In this document: positions 18,480-27,309 of the stretch, piece by piece
How the letters are laid out: each line of letters opens with the position of its first letter
How positions within the stretch are numbered: position 1 is the stretch's first letter
Assembly (NCBI GenBank): GCA_913044135.1
Contig: CAJWOK010000004.1
Span: forward strand, 1,135 to 65,134
DNA from: an uncultured Gammaproteobacteria bacterium
GTDB lineage: Bacteria; Pseudomonadota; Gammaproteobacteria; Pseudomonadales; Azotimanducaceae
Length of the DNA stretch: 64,000 nt
Direction: 5' to 3'
Made by a program: the position numbers and the translations under genes
Notes under the pieces: generated by a model
What the model saw: only the letters and a program-made list of their open reading frames with translations
Database searches by the model: none
Told to the model about the DNA's origin: nothing

Positions 18480-18989
18480 TCAAGGATACTGAACCCAACC
18501 AGCGCGCGGGTCTTTGTTCTTTCCGCGCATCTGCTCAAGGCCACCCGTCCTAAAAATGATTCGCTTAAAGTCGGCGACCGTAGGAATTCGTAACTCTTTC
18601 TTTGCAAACAACCAATTTGGATTGGAGCGCTTGAAGGCATGCGGATTAGCCGAAACAAAGGCTCGACGAAGCATACTTTCGTTAATCGGTGAATCGGCCA
18701 TGGTGCGCTTAATGATCAGGTCGAGATAATCCCCTTCCTGAACCATATATTTGCCGGGCGCGCCGTCTTTGTTTTCATCTGACCCGTCGTCGGACATGCT
18801 CATTACTGCTGTCTCCAAATCGGCGACCAGACGCCTCAAGGCACGGTCCAGCTCAGTATCATCTGGATATTGCGGCTCAGCAACAGCGACCTCTGCGGGT
18901 TCCACGAGTGCCGGTTCCGGCATAGGCGCAGGGCCTACGCATCCGCTAAGAAAGAAAATCGTTGCTGCAACAATCAAAGGCAATTTCAT
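18480..18989 (-). CDS. Lipoprotein with FimV-type LysM-like domain
   Basis: Lipobox FLSGC; YMVQEGDYLDLII...AFVSANPHAFKRSNPNWLFAKKELRIP resembles the FimV N-terminal LysM region. Confidence 0.7.
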   Translation of the reverse strand: MKLPLIVAATIFFLSGCVGPAPMPEPALVEPAEVAVAEPQYPDDTELDRALRRLVADLETAVMSMSDDGSDENKDGAPGKYMVQEGDYLDLIIKRTMADSPINESMLRRAFVSANPHAFKRSNPNWLFAKKELRIPTVADFKRIIFRTGGLEQMRGKNKDPRAGWVQYP

Positions 18990-18992
18990 GAC

Positions 18993-20186
18993 TTATCCCT
19001 TCAACCTAAATGAATCGATGTCCGCCAGTGGAATAGCAATAGTTGGTTTAAGCACCGCTACACTATCACCGGCATATATGTTTAAAAAAGCCGTGCTCGC
19101 ATTTACTTGCACTACCTCGGCTAGGGCGACCGAGTTCATGCCAGCCTCTAAGCCAGAAGCCGTCAAGGATGCTGAGCTCGGTAGCAACACAAACTTCTGC
19201 CCAAGCTGGATACCCACATCTTCGCCGCCACTTACGGTTGGTAGGGCGGAAGCTAAATTAACTTCGAGCGAATTATCGACCACACAGTTAGCGATAGCCG
19301 CCAGTTCAGGCAGTTTCTCGTATAGCCACTGCGTCAGAGCGTCCTTAAGCGCGCCCTCCAATCGAACCGCCACGCCGCGGAGCTTAGGTCGGCTTACATG
19401 CAAACGCAGCTTATCCTCATAAAGACGCTGCCCGTTATCACTTGCTGTCACGGCTATGGTAAGTGCATAACCCGCCAACAATGACTCGGGCGGCCGGGCA
19501 CGCTCCATGATTCGAGTCACGCGCTGAGCAACCGAAACAGACAACTCTACTGTTAAGTCGCTTGCAGGCGTAGCCTTACTAACCATATAGCGATGATAAC
19601 GGGTGTTCGTCTTAACCTGCGTTTGCAGCGTGGTTGCAGCACCTAACACACCGCTCGCATCCTGCAACATGGCTTGTGTTACAAAACCTTGCACCTGGTG
19701 CCCCAATGCAAGCGCCGCGGTATCTTGCGCTACAACAGGCTGAGTCTTAATCAAGACTCTTTTCTTGCGAATGGCCGAGCCAACGCATTCGCCAGCAAAT
19801 TTCGAACCCAAAACCGGCTCAACCAAAGCGATTTCTGGCTGTCCGAAGCGATTGTCTGGGTGAGAAATGCGAATGCGCTCCAAGTCTATATGACTGAATA
19901 CGGAAACCGATTCGTCGTAACGACCCTCGCCGTCAATCCAGGCATTTGCGGTAACTCGGGATTCATGGTCAAACGCGTAGTCCATCAAGGACCGCTTGAT
20001 GGCCTCTAATTGTTCCTGTGCCGTAACAAATTCCTCGGTTACTAAGGCAGGTGCATTTTCATTAGCAAAGTCTTGGTCGAACTCTTGAGCAAAACACAGT
20101 GCACTGGCCATTGCCAACACCGCTAAACCGACGCCGCGGAATATCATTGTTATTGTGATCACGAGCATGATATTCGACCTTCTCAA
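18993..20186 (-). CDS. Exported hypothetical protein (possible FlgT-related by position)
   Basis: Signal peptide ending ALCFA; 397 aa; directly after flgP. C-terminal GGEDVGIQLGQKF...V.QV is loosely like the FlgT C-terminal domain. No firm family recognition. Confidence 0.45.
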   Translation of the reverse strand: MRRSNIMLVITITMIFRGVGLAVLAMASALCFAQEFDQDFANENAPALVTEEFVTAQEQLEAIKRSLMDYAFDHESRVTANAWIDGEGRYDESVSVFSHIDLERIRISHPDNRFGQPEIALVEPVLGSKFAGECVGSAIRKKRVLIKTQPVVAQDTAALALGHQVQGFVTQAMLQDASGVLGAATTLQTQVKTNTRYHRYMVSKATPASDLTVELSVSVAQRVTRIMERARPPESLLAGYALTIAVTASDNGQRLYEDKLRLHVSRPKLRGVAVRLEGALKDALTQWLYEKLPELAAIANCVVDNSLEVNLASALPTVSGGEDVGIQLGQKFVLLPSSASLTASGLEAGMNSVALAEVVQVNASTAFLNIYAGDSVAVLKPTIAIPLADIDSFRLKG

Positions 20187-20199
20187 CCTAACTTACGGG

Positions 20200-20730
20200 C
20201 TACAGACGCGTCACGACTCGGACACGACGACCGCGAGTTTCTGTCGTTTTAAACTCGCCGATTAGCTCATCGATCACAGATTGCGATAGGGATAGTTTCG
20301 TTTCATAGCTTTCTATACCGATTGGCGTAATGCTGACCAAGCGTGCCCCGTAGATCAAACCTTGCACTCGGCTACGTAGCTTGTCACCAACCAAAGAAAG
20401 ATCATTAACCTGGCTGTTGCTCTCTAAATACTGACCGTATACCTGCTCTGCGAGGCTCCGATAAGCATCTATTTTTGACGCGCGGATGGCCATTAATCTG
20501 CGCTGGGCAGGGCTGTCTCCCTGTTGGGCATCAATTACCGCATAGCCCATGGCCACAATGCCATCTACTTCTGGAGAGTTCATGTTAGCAGCGAGCATCG
20601 CACGCGAATCGCCTGCTGGCGATGCACAGCCGGCTACAAGCAACACCATAGCCGCAGCAAAAATGCCAAAACTACGACCCTTCCGGGCACCCAATTTATC
20701 TATCGCGGTGTGTGTTTGCATAAGCTGCAT
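20200..20730 (-). CDS. flgP: FlgP/LPP20-family lipoprotein
   Basis: Lipobox LVAGC; A.GYA...AQRRLMAIRASKIDAYRSLAEQVYG...V.GLI.GA, the FlgP signature. ATG at 20730 has an AAAGGA RBS. Confidence 0.85.
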   Translation of the reverse strand: MQLMQTHTAIDKLGARKGRSFGIFAAAMVLLVAGCASPAGDSRAMLAANMNSPEVDGIVAMGYAVIDAQQGDSPAQRRLMAIRASKIDAYRSLAEQVYGQYLESNSQVNDLSLVGDKLRSRVQGLIYGARLVSITPIGIESYETKLSLSQSVIDELIGEFKTTETRGRRVRVVTRL

Positions 20731-20809
20731 TATTTTGTCCTTTGTTAAGTTGTCGATCAGCACGCACAACGCGCGATCTGCTGGCGTTTGCCATAACGGG
20801 TTGCCAAGT

Positions 20810-20836
20810 AAATCGGCCATTCCGGCGAAACCTTGA
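20810..20836 (-). promoter_or_regulatory. Candidate sigma28 promoter of the flgP operon
   Basis: Minus strand TCAAG-N14-GCCGATTT matches the Pseudomonas-type FliA consensus, about 80 bp upstream of the flgP ATG. Confidence 0.65.
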
Positions 20837-20964
20837 ATACCGTGAAGAGCCCCACTCAGATAAGCGGGTATACCGAGCCAAATTCAGTCTTTGCTGGTTC
20901 TTAACCCTGCAAAATGCTTCCCAATGCGGTTAGCTGCTGCCGCAACCTTCGTAGGCTCTTAGTT

Positions 20965-20980
20965 TGGCACCGTTTATGCA
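20965..20980 (+). promoter_or_regulatory. sigma54 promoter of flhA-flhF-fleN-fliA
   Basis: TGGCAC-CGTTT-ATGCA about 120 bp upstream of flhA. Confidence 0.75.
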
Positions 20981-21101
20981 TAATCTTTGACCAAGAAAGT
21001 TGAGCCCTACTTCCCTTGAGGCATGGCTGGGCAAAAAACATAACAAAAACAATGCATTGAACGCTTGCCGCGGATCTAATTTAAAAAACTAAAAAGCTGA
21101 A

Positions 21102-23237
21102 TTGACGATTATGGCTACCAACACACTTTCATTGTCAGAACTTCGACAGATTGCCGGTTCCACGCAATGGTCCTCTTTGACCATTCCAGGCGTGATCGTA
21201 CTCATTCTTACTATGTTGGTTTTGCCGCTGCCCCCATTCATGTTGGATTTGTTATTCACTTTCAACATTTTGCTCGCTTTGCTGGTCATTATGGTTGCCA
21301 TCAATACCTCATCACCCTTGGATTTTTCGTCGTTCCCAACCGTTATTCTGTTTTCTACCATGATGCGACTTGGTTTAAATGTCGCCTCGACCCGGGTAGT
21401 CCTATTAGAAGGCCACAAAGGTGGCGATTCGGCCGGAGAAGTAATCGAAGCTTTTGGTGCTTTCGTTATTGGCGGCAACTACGTGGTCGGTTTCATTGTC
21501 TTCGCAATATTAATGATCATTAACTTTATCGTAATCACCAAAGGTGCCGGACGTGTCTCAGAAGTAATTGCGCGATTTACTTTGGATGCGTTACCCGGCA
21601 AACAAATGGCGATCGATGCAGACCTGAATGCCGGCGTGATTGATCAAGATACCGCGAGAGAACGGCGTGCGATGGTCTCGCAAGAGTCTGACTTTTTCGG
21701 TTCCATGGATGGTGCCTCGAAGTTTGTCAGAGGCGATGCAGTCGCCGGCATCCTGATTTTGTTAATCAATCTCGTCGGTGGCTTATGCATCGGACTTTTG
21801 CAATATGACCTCAGCTTAGATGACGCGACACGAAATTACGTTCTGTTGACGATTGGTGATGGACTTGTAGCGCAGTTACCTGCACTGATTTTATCGCTCT
21901 CAACAGCCATCATCGTCACGCGCGTGACGACGTCCCAGTCTGTGCATGAGCAGGCCACTTCCCAGCTTGCTAATCCAACCGCTTTTTACATCGCAGGCGG
22001 CATACTTACTGTTCTTGGTTTAGTGCCAGGCATGCCGAACATAGTGTTCTTATTGCTGGGCGGTACTGCGCTGGCGCTCGGTTATTTAATGCAATCTGAC
22101 GCAGCAAGAAAAGAGGAAGCGCCTGAGCTAGCAGCGCTGGAGCAGCCAGTGTCACAAGCAGCAAGCAGCAATGATAAAGCAGAAATTGATTGGGACGACG
22201 CGGCACAGGTAGACGTGGTCAGCCTTGAATTGGGTTACGGCCTAATCCCCATGGTAGACGAACAAGGTGGTGGCCGTTTACTAAATCGAATCAAAGGTAT
22301 TCGCAAGAAAATCTCCGCCGATCTGGGCTTTTTGCTGCCATCCATTCGTATTCGTGACAATCTCGACACAGCCCCGGATCACTACAACGTCATTATCAAC
22401 GGCGCAAAGCGCGGCACAGGACGGATTGAGGCGGGTCGCGAGCTGGCCATAAACCCTGGCTCTGTGCTCGCGGAAATGGACGGCGCGCCGGTTAAAGACC
22501 CCGCGTTTGGTTTGGACGCGGTGTGGATTGACCCAGCAGACCGCGAATTCGCTCAAGCAAACGGTTATACCGTTGTCGATGCAAGTACCGTGATCGCGAC
22601 TCATCTGGATACTCTGCTACAACAGAACGCCGACGAGTTGATGACGTACGACGTAGCTCAAGCATTGGTCGATCGCATTGAAGAGAGTTCGCCGAAGCTG
22701 ATTGAAGACCTCATTCCAGAAAAGCTGTCTCTCGGGATCTTGGTGCGAGTGTTACAAAACCTTCTGCGCGAGGGTGTTCCATTACGAGACATGCGCACCA
22801 TACTTGAAACGTTAGCAGAAGAAGCTGCGCGTACCCAAGATGTCAACCTTTTAACTGCCGCAATTCGACCAAAACTTGGCCGCCTGATTATTCAACAGAT
22901 TATCGGCGACAGCGACACCTTGGCAGTAATGACTTTAGAGCCGGATTTAGAGCAACTGCTAACTGAATTAGTCAGCCGATCCGACAACCCGGACGAAATT
23001 GCACTAGAGCCGAATCTCGCTGAAGGCTTATTCAGCTCCGTTAAACGCTCTGTTGAAGATGTCGAACAGCAGGAGCTGCCTGCGGTCATTGTGGTATCGC
23101 CCATGATTCGCGCCTGGCTCGCCAGGCTATTGCGGCGCGTTTCTAAAGATTTGGCAGTACTTGCTTATACCGAAATTCCGGATGATCAGTCACTACGCGT
23201 GATTGCGCCGATAACCATTGATCGTAACGAAACTTGA
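21102..23237 (+). CDS. flhA: Flagellar export gate protein FlhA
   Basis: FSSFPT, RLGLNVASTR, RVSEVIARFTLDALPGKQMAIDADLNAG, FFGSMDGASKFVRGDA. Confidence 0.98.
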   Translation: MTIMATNTLSLSELRQIAGSTQWSSLTIPGVIVLILTMLVLPLPPFMLDLLFTFNILLALLVIMVAINTSSPLDFSSFPTVILFSTMMRLGLNVASTRVVLLEGHKGGDSAGEVIEAFGAFVIGGNYVVGFIVFAILMIINFIVITKGAGRVSEVIARFTLDALPGKQMAIDADLNAGVIDQDTARERRAMVSQESDFFGSMDGASKFVRGDAVAGILILLINLVGGLCIGLLQYDLSLDDATRNYVLLTIGDGLVAQLPALILSLSTAIIVTRVTTSQSVHEQATSQLANPTAFYIAGGILTVLGLVPGMPNIVFLLLGGTALALGYLMQSDAARKEEAPELAALEQPVSQAASSNDKAEIDWDDAAQVDVVSLELGYGLIPMVDEQGGGRLLNRIKGIRKKISADLGFLLPSIRIRDNLDTAPDHYNVIINGAKRGTGRIEAGRELAINPGSVLAEMDGAPVKDPAFGLDAVWIDPADREFAQANGYTVVDASTVIATHLDTLLQQNADELMTYDVAQALVDRIEESSPKLIEDLIPEKLSLGILVRVLQNLLREGVPLRDMRTILETLAEEAARTQDVNLLTAAIRPKLGRLIIQQIIGDSDTLAVMTLEPDLEQLLTELVSRSDNPDEIALEPNLAEGLFSSVKRSVEDVEQQELPAVIVVSPMIRAWLARLLRRVSKDLAVLAYTEIPDDQSLRVIAPITIDRNET

Positions 23238-23266
23238 TCAGCAAGTTTTCTGAATAGGGAAAGAAA

Positions 23267-24487
23267 ATGGAACTCAAGCGATTTGTAGCAGCCGACAGCA
23301 AAGCAGCGATGCAACAGGTCAGGGCCAATTATGGCGATGATGCGTTGGTCGTCTCTACGCAGAAAGTCGGCAGTAAGACGGAAATGATTTGTGCCGTTAA
23401 TCTGCTGCCGGAAAACAATGCCGAGCAAGCACCTGTTAAGCAGTTGGATACGGCAAAAGAAACAGCAGAAGGAACCGGCTTTGTAAGCCAATTGGGCGCT
23501 GCTCTGCAGGAAACAAAACCAGCTAGCACGCCTGAGATGCCAGTCGCACTTTACGATAAAAAAGCAGAAGTGCCTGTAGAAGTTCGCCCTACTCAAGAGC
23601 TACCCGCTCAAACGCCGCATACAATGCAAGAGTTGATGCATACCATCCAAGCTGAGATTGCCGATTTGCGTTCTTCACTGGAAGAGCAGATAGCGCAAAA
23701 CGCCATGTTCCAAGGAAATGCGATGGCAGACCCTTGGAGGACAGGCACATCTTCCGCCGCGGCGGACATTTATGCCCAGCCACCCGCGCTGCACGCCGAT
23801 ACAGCGCTGCAGGGAAAAGTGCTGTCACTGACTCAGCAGCTATCCGATTTACGCCAAACACCGCTTGCAAAACAATGTGATTGGAATGGCATACACGTGT
23901 TTTTTGGGCAACCCGGCAGCGGCAAAACAGAAGCCATATATCGTATCTTGAAGGCATCAAAGACGACCATTGCGAAACCCTTCGCATTGGTTGCACTAGA
24001 AACCTGTGAAGACACAACCGATTCGGTGAGCCGCCCAAATAAGACCTGGCTGGAGCTCAGTAGCATAGGGCAATCGGCGCGCACGCCTTGCTATAGCGCG
24101 GTTGGTTTAGCCGAATTTAAAGAAGTCTTGGCGCAACTAGAAAACAGCCACACCGTGCTAGTGGACACTCAAGCTGAGTGTCTCACTCACTATTCAGAAA
24201 TAGCGGAACTGGCGGAGAGCATACCGCTAGAAAAGCACCTTTGCATTGCGGCGGACAGCTCACATTTGACACTGGAAAATTACCCTCGCGGCCACACATC
24301 CGATGGCGCGTCCGCACTGGGTTCTGTAGTACTCACCCGAGCAGATCTGTGTCGACACTTAGCACCCATGATTCACGCTATGGCCTGCCATAATGCGGAA
24401 CTTAATTCTGTTATGGTTAAACCAGCCGCAAAAGTTGCAAATCCAGCGATCGCTGAAGAAAAAAATCCTGCAATCACCGACGACTAA
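23267..24487 (+). CDS. flhF: FlhF-like SRP-family protein with degenerate GTPase motifs
   Basis: FlhF-type N-terminus MELKRFVAADSKAAMQQVRANYGDDALVVS; P-loop GQPGSGKT; position between flhA and fleN. Confidence 0.75.
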   Translation: MELKRFVAADSKAAMQQVRANYGDDALVVSTQKVGSKTEMICAVNLLPENNAEQAPVKQLDTAKETAEGTGFVSQLGAALQETKPASTPEMPVALYDKKAEVPVEVRPTQELPAQTPHTMQELMHTIQAEIADLRSSLEEQIAQNAMFQGNAMADPWRTGTSSAAADIYAQPPALHADTALQGKVLSLTQQLSDLRQTPLAKQCDWNGIHVFFGQPGSGKTEAIYRILKASKTTIAKPFALVALETCEDTTDSVSRPNKTWLELSSIGQSARTPCYSAVGLAEFKEVLAQLENSHTVLVDTQAECLTHYSEIAELAESIPLEKHLCIAADSSHLTLENYPRGHTSDGASALGSVVLTRADLCRHLAPMIHAMACHNAELNSVMVKPAAKVANPAIAEEKNPAITDD

Positions 24488-24512
24488 CCAGCTTAGTACT
24501 GAAGGACCAACT

Positions 24513-25322
24513 ATGACTGACACTGATGAAAACGTGACGAATGGCCCCCGCCAGCTCACCGTCATAGGCGTTGCCAGCGGCAAAGGCGGCGTTGGAAAAA
24601 CCACTTTATCCGCACACATCGCGTTAGCGCTTTGCCAACTTGGACACAGAGTCGCCTTGCTGGATGCTGATCTCGGTTTAGCTAATGCACAGCTATTGCT
24701 TGGTGTTAACGCGCCATTCCACGTAGGCGACGTGTTGGCCGGCAGAAAATCACTGGACGAGGTTTGCGTGGCCGGACCCTTAGGGCTGACCCTAATCCCA
24801 GGAGCGTCCGGCAATTCCGAACTTGCTAATTTGACCGCAGCAGAAGCCCAGGGCCTCGTACAAAGTATCGCTGCATCGACGCAAGAAATTGACGTTGTAG
24901 TGATAGACGCAGCAGCGGGCTTATCAGAGTCTAACCTGACGTTTTTGCGTGCCTGCGATATACGCTTGGTCGTTTTACAAGATGAACCCGCTTCGATTGC
25001 CGATGCCTATGGTTTGATTAAGCTGCAAAGCCTTGAGTCACGTATGGAGAATCTCTTCGTGGTCCCAAACCGGGTTAGCAGCCAAAAAGCTGGCGCAGAC
25101 TTATTCGAAAAAATGAACCGGGTTTGCATGAAGTTTTTAGACGAGCCAGTGGGCTACCTGCATTCGGTGGAAGAAGACCCGGAGTTGACCAAAGCGTCTC
25201 GACAGCGTCAAAACATTTTCGAGTCGAATCCGCATAGCTCTGCGGCAAAATGTTTTACCGAACTGGCCTTGCGGCTTTCAAAAGCGCTATCACGAGATAA
25301 CATTGCCAACCCTACACAGTAG
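24513..25322 (+). CDS. fleN: MinD-like flagellar number regulator FleN/FlhG
   Basis: VIGVASGKGGVGKT, LLDADLGLAN, IPGASG, VVIDAAAG, DEPASIADAYGLIK. ATG at 24513 has a GAAGGA RBS. Confidence 0.93.
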   Translation: MTDTDENVTNGPRQLTVIGVASGKGGVGKTTLSAHIALALCQLGHRVALLDADLGLANAQLLLGVNAPFHVGDVLAGRKSLDEVCVAGPLGLTLIPGASGNSELANLTAAEAQGLVQSIAASTQEIDVVVIDAAAGLSESNLTFLRACDIRLVVLQDEPASIADAYGLIKLQSLESRMENLFVVPNRVSSQKAGADLFEKMNRVCMKFLDEPVGYLHSVEEDPELTKASRQRQNIFESNPHSSAAKCFTELALRLSKALSRDNIANPTQ

Positions 25323-25384
25323 ACCGAAGCATTCTAATCAACCCGACGCTAGTGTACATTTACAAGAAACTTTGCTGAGCCCCT

Positions 25385-26083
25385 ATGGCTGATATCGACG
25401 CTTACAAACGGCAGCAACAAGACTCTGCTGCGGTGACCGAGCACTACACAATGGTCAAGCGAATTGCTTACCACCTGAAAGCTCGCCTCCCTAGCCATAT
25501 CGTTCTGGACGACTTGGTGCAGGCCGGGATGGAGGGGCTATTACAAGCGCGAAACGCCTTTGACGAATCACGCGGGATTGAGTTTGAGGGTTTTGCCAAA
25601 TCTCGTGTCCGCGGTGCCATGTTGGATGAAGTTCGTCGCACCTCCTTTTCCACCCGGTCCGTAATTTCGTTCAAAAAAGAACACGACAAAGCCATCTCGA
25701 CCCTAGCCAAACAGCTCGGACGCGAACCCAAGAGCAGCGAAGTCGCGAGCTTTCTTGATAAGGATCTAGCGACCTATGAGCAAGAACGTGTGCTAGCGGA
25801 AGGTGCCGACATAGTCAGCACCGATGCACATGAGGGGTTTTTTGAGGAAGAAGACGATCTTGCCAAGAGTCCGGAACAAATGCTGGAGCGAAACCAGTTG
25901 ATTGGGGGTTTGGCTGACGCTATAGAAGAGTTGCCTGAGCGCGCCCAAATGGTACTCGCGCTTTATTACCAGGAAGAGTTAAACCTCAAAGAAATTGGCG
26001 CCGTACTCAGCGTGTCTGAGTCACGTGTAAGTCAGATTCTTTCGGAAACGGCGGGAAAGCTGCGGCGGCTGATGGGACGCTGA
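25385..26083 (+). CDS. fliA: RNA polymerase sigma28 factor FliA
   Basis: VKRIAYHLKARLP...DDLVQAGMEGLL...RVRGAMLDEVR...LALYYQEELNLKEIGAVLSVSESRVSQI. Confidence 0.97.
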   Translation: MADIDAYKRQQQDSAAVTEHYTMVKRIAYHLKARLPSHIVLDDLVQAGMEGLLQARNAFDESRGIEFEGFAKSRVRGAMLDEVRRTSFSTRSVISFKKEHDKAISTLAKQLGREPKSSEVASFLDKDLATYEQERVLAEGADIVSTDAHEGFFEEEDDLAKSPEQMLERNQLIGGLADAIEELPERAQMVLALYYQEELNLKEIGAVLSVSESRVSQILSETAGKLRRLMGR

Positions 26084-26182
26084 ACCAGGTAATAAACTAC
26101 CATTAGTCGGAAAAGATACCGCGGTTTAAATCCGCGCCAAGGCGCAGGCAGATCTAAACCCGCGAACCGCCAACCTCATTTC

Positions 26183-26570
26183 TTATCCCAAATCCACGCC
26201 TGAGAAAAGCCGCGGTGATCGTATGTAAAAAAAGGTCAGGGCAACGCCCAAACCAACCGCCAGGACATCGTATGTTGCTTTAGCATCGCTCACTGGCTTG
26301 TTTGTTTCTCTCCGTTCGGCCGCCAGGACCCAGACAATTGCATAAACGAGAAAACCACCGAATAGGAAAATAGAGGGCATATCTGAGTTTGAAGCTAAGT
26401 GTAAAACCGCCAACATCGATACTCCTATAGACATTAGATGTCTTGTTAGGCTCTTGATGTGACCGGGTAGATTTGTGGCGATGAGGAAAGCAAAAGAAGC
26501 AAAACATCATGTATCTTGCGTAAGAACAAACTGCCGCGCTTGCGGGACAGAGTTGACGGACCGCTCTCAC
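26183..26570 (-). pseudogene. Frameshifted, 5'-truncated NnrU-family membrane protein remnant
   Basis: One frame gives ASFAFLIATNLPGHIKSLTRHLMSIGVSMLAVLHLASNSDMPSIFLFGGFLVYA, matching the NnrU pattern (PG.IK...RHPM..G...WA..HL..NGD.AS..LFG.FL). The upstream part (ARYMMF) is in another frame across a T4 run at 26501-26504. Confidence 0.7.
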
Positions 26571-27198
26571 AACCGGAAATAATCAGCAAAAGACAACTTC
26601 AGCTAACCAATATCTATTAACACATAGTTATTGTTAGTTAGCATTACATTGCTTGCCGTACATCTTCCGATTTAACTATATTCGATATGAAAGCCTGGAA
26701 GGAGGCAAGTAACGTTTGTAATAGGGCCGTCAGCAAAAAAATGGGGCTTTATGATATTAAAAAGCGGCGCTACGTTCTCTATATCTGACTGCGCAAAGAC
26801 TGTTTTCCTACCGGGTAGCGCTTCTAAACCTTAAGCAACTTGTTTTCACAGGTGAGCTTTAAACTTTGCTCCTAAATTGTCTAAGGCCAGCATCGTATAC
26901 CTATGATTAACAAATAGATCGCAACTCAACTTAGCGACTCACAATTTGCCTATCGGATAATCTACGCAGAGGTGAAACAGAGGATGTCCATGCTGGTGTT
27001 ATTAACCCGTGAATGAAGGGCGACGACACAATAACAAAGGAAGACCAAACGCTTATCGTTCCTCTCGCCCATCACCGAGGTAAGTGGTCTAAAGACTAAT
27101 CCACTGCTGACAAAGCTGATCGGATAAGAGAGCGTGCCCGTAAGAGAAAATCAATGCGACTTGGGTTAGCAACAGGCGCGTTTGAGACCTAAGTTATA

Positions 27199-27214
27199 GG
27201 ATTAGGGTTAATCC
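27199..27214. promoter_or_regulatory. Inverted repeat GGATTA-N4-TAATCC, possible operator
   Basis: Perfect 6-bp arms about 100 bp upstream of the CMD gene. Confidence 0.3.
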
Positions 27215-27309
27215 GTGTAAATCTTCGATCTAAGCAAACGGCAAAGCTGAGTCCTGTAAAGCTGTTATTAGTATAGTTATAGTATGCAGATCCCAGTAAC
27301 CATTAGGAC

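Noticed and set aside
18751-19422. 223-aa plus-strand ORF
   Set aside because: Antisense to two real genes; Ser/Ala-rich shadow translation.
27060-27300. c-di-GMP or other riboswitch upstream of the CMD gene (GGCAAAGC-like text)
   Set aside because: I could not build the GEMM two-stem GAAA tetraloop/receptor architecture or any other known aptamer.
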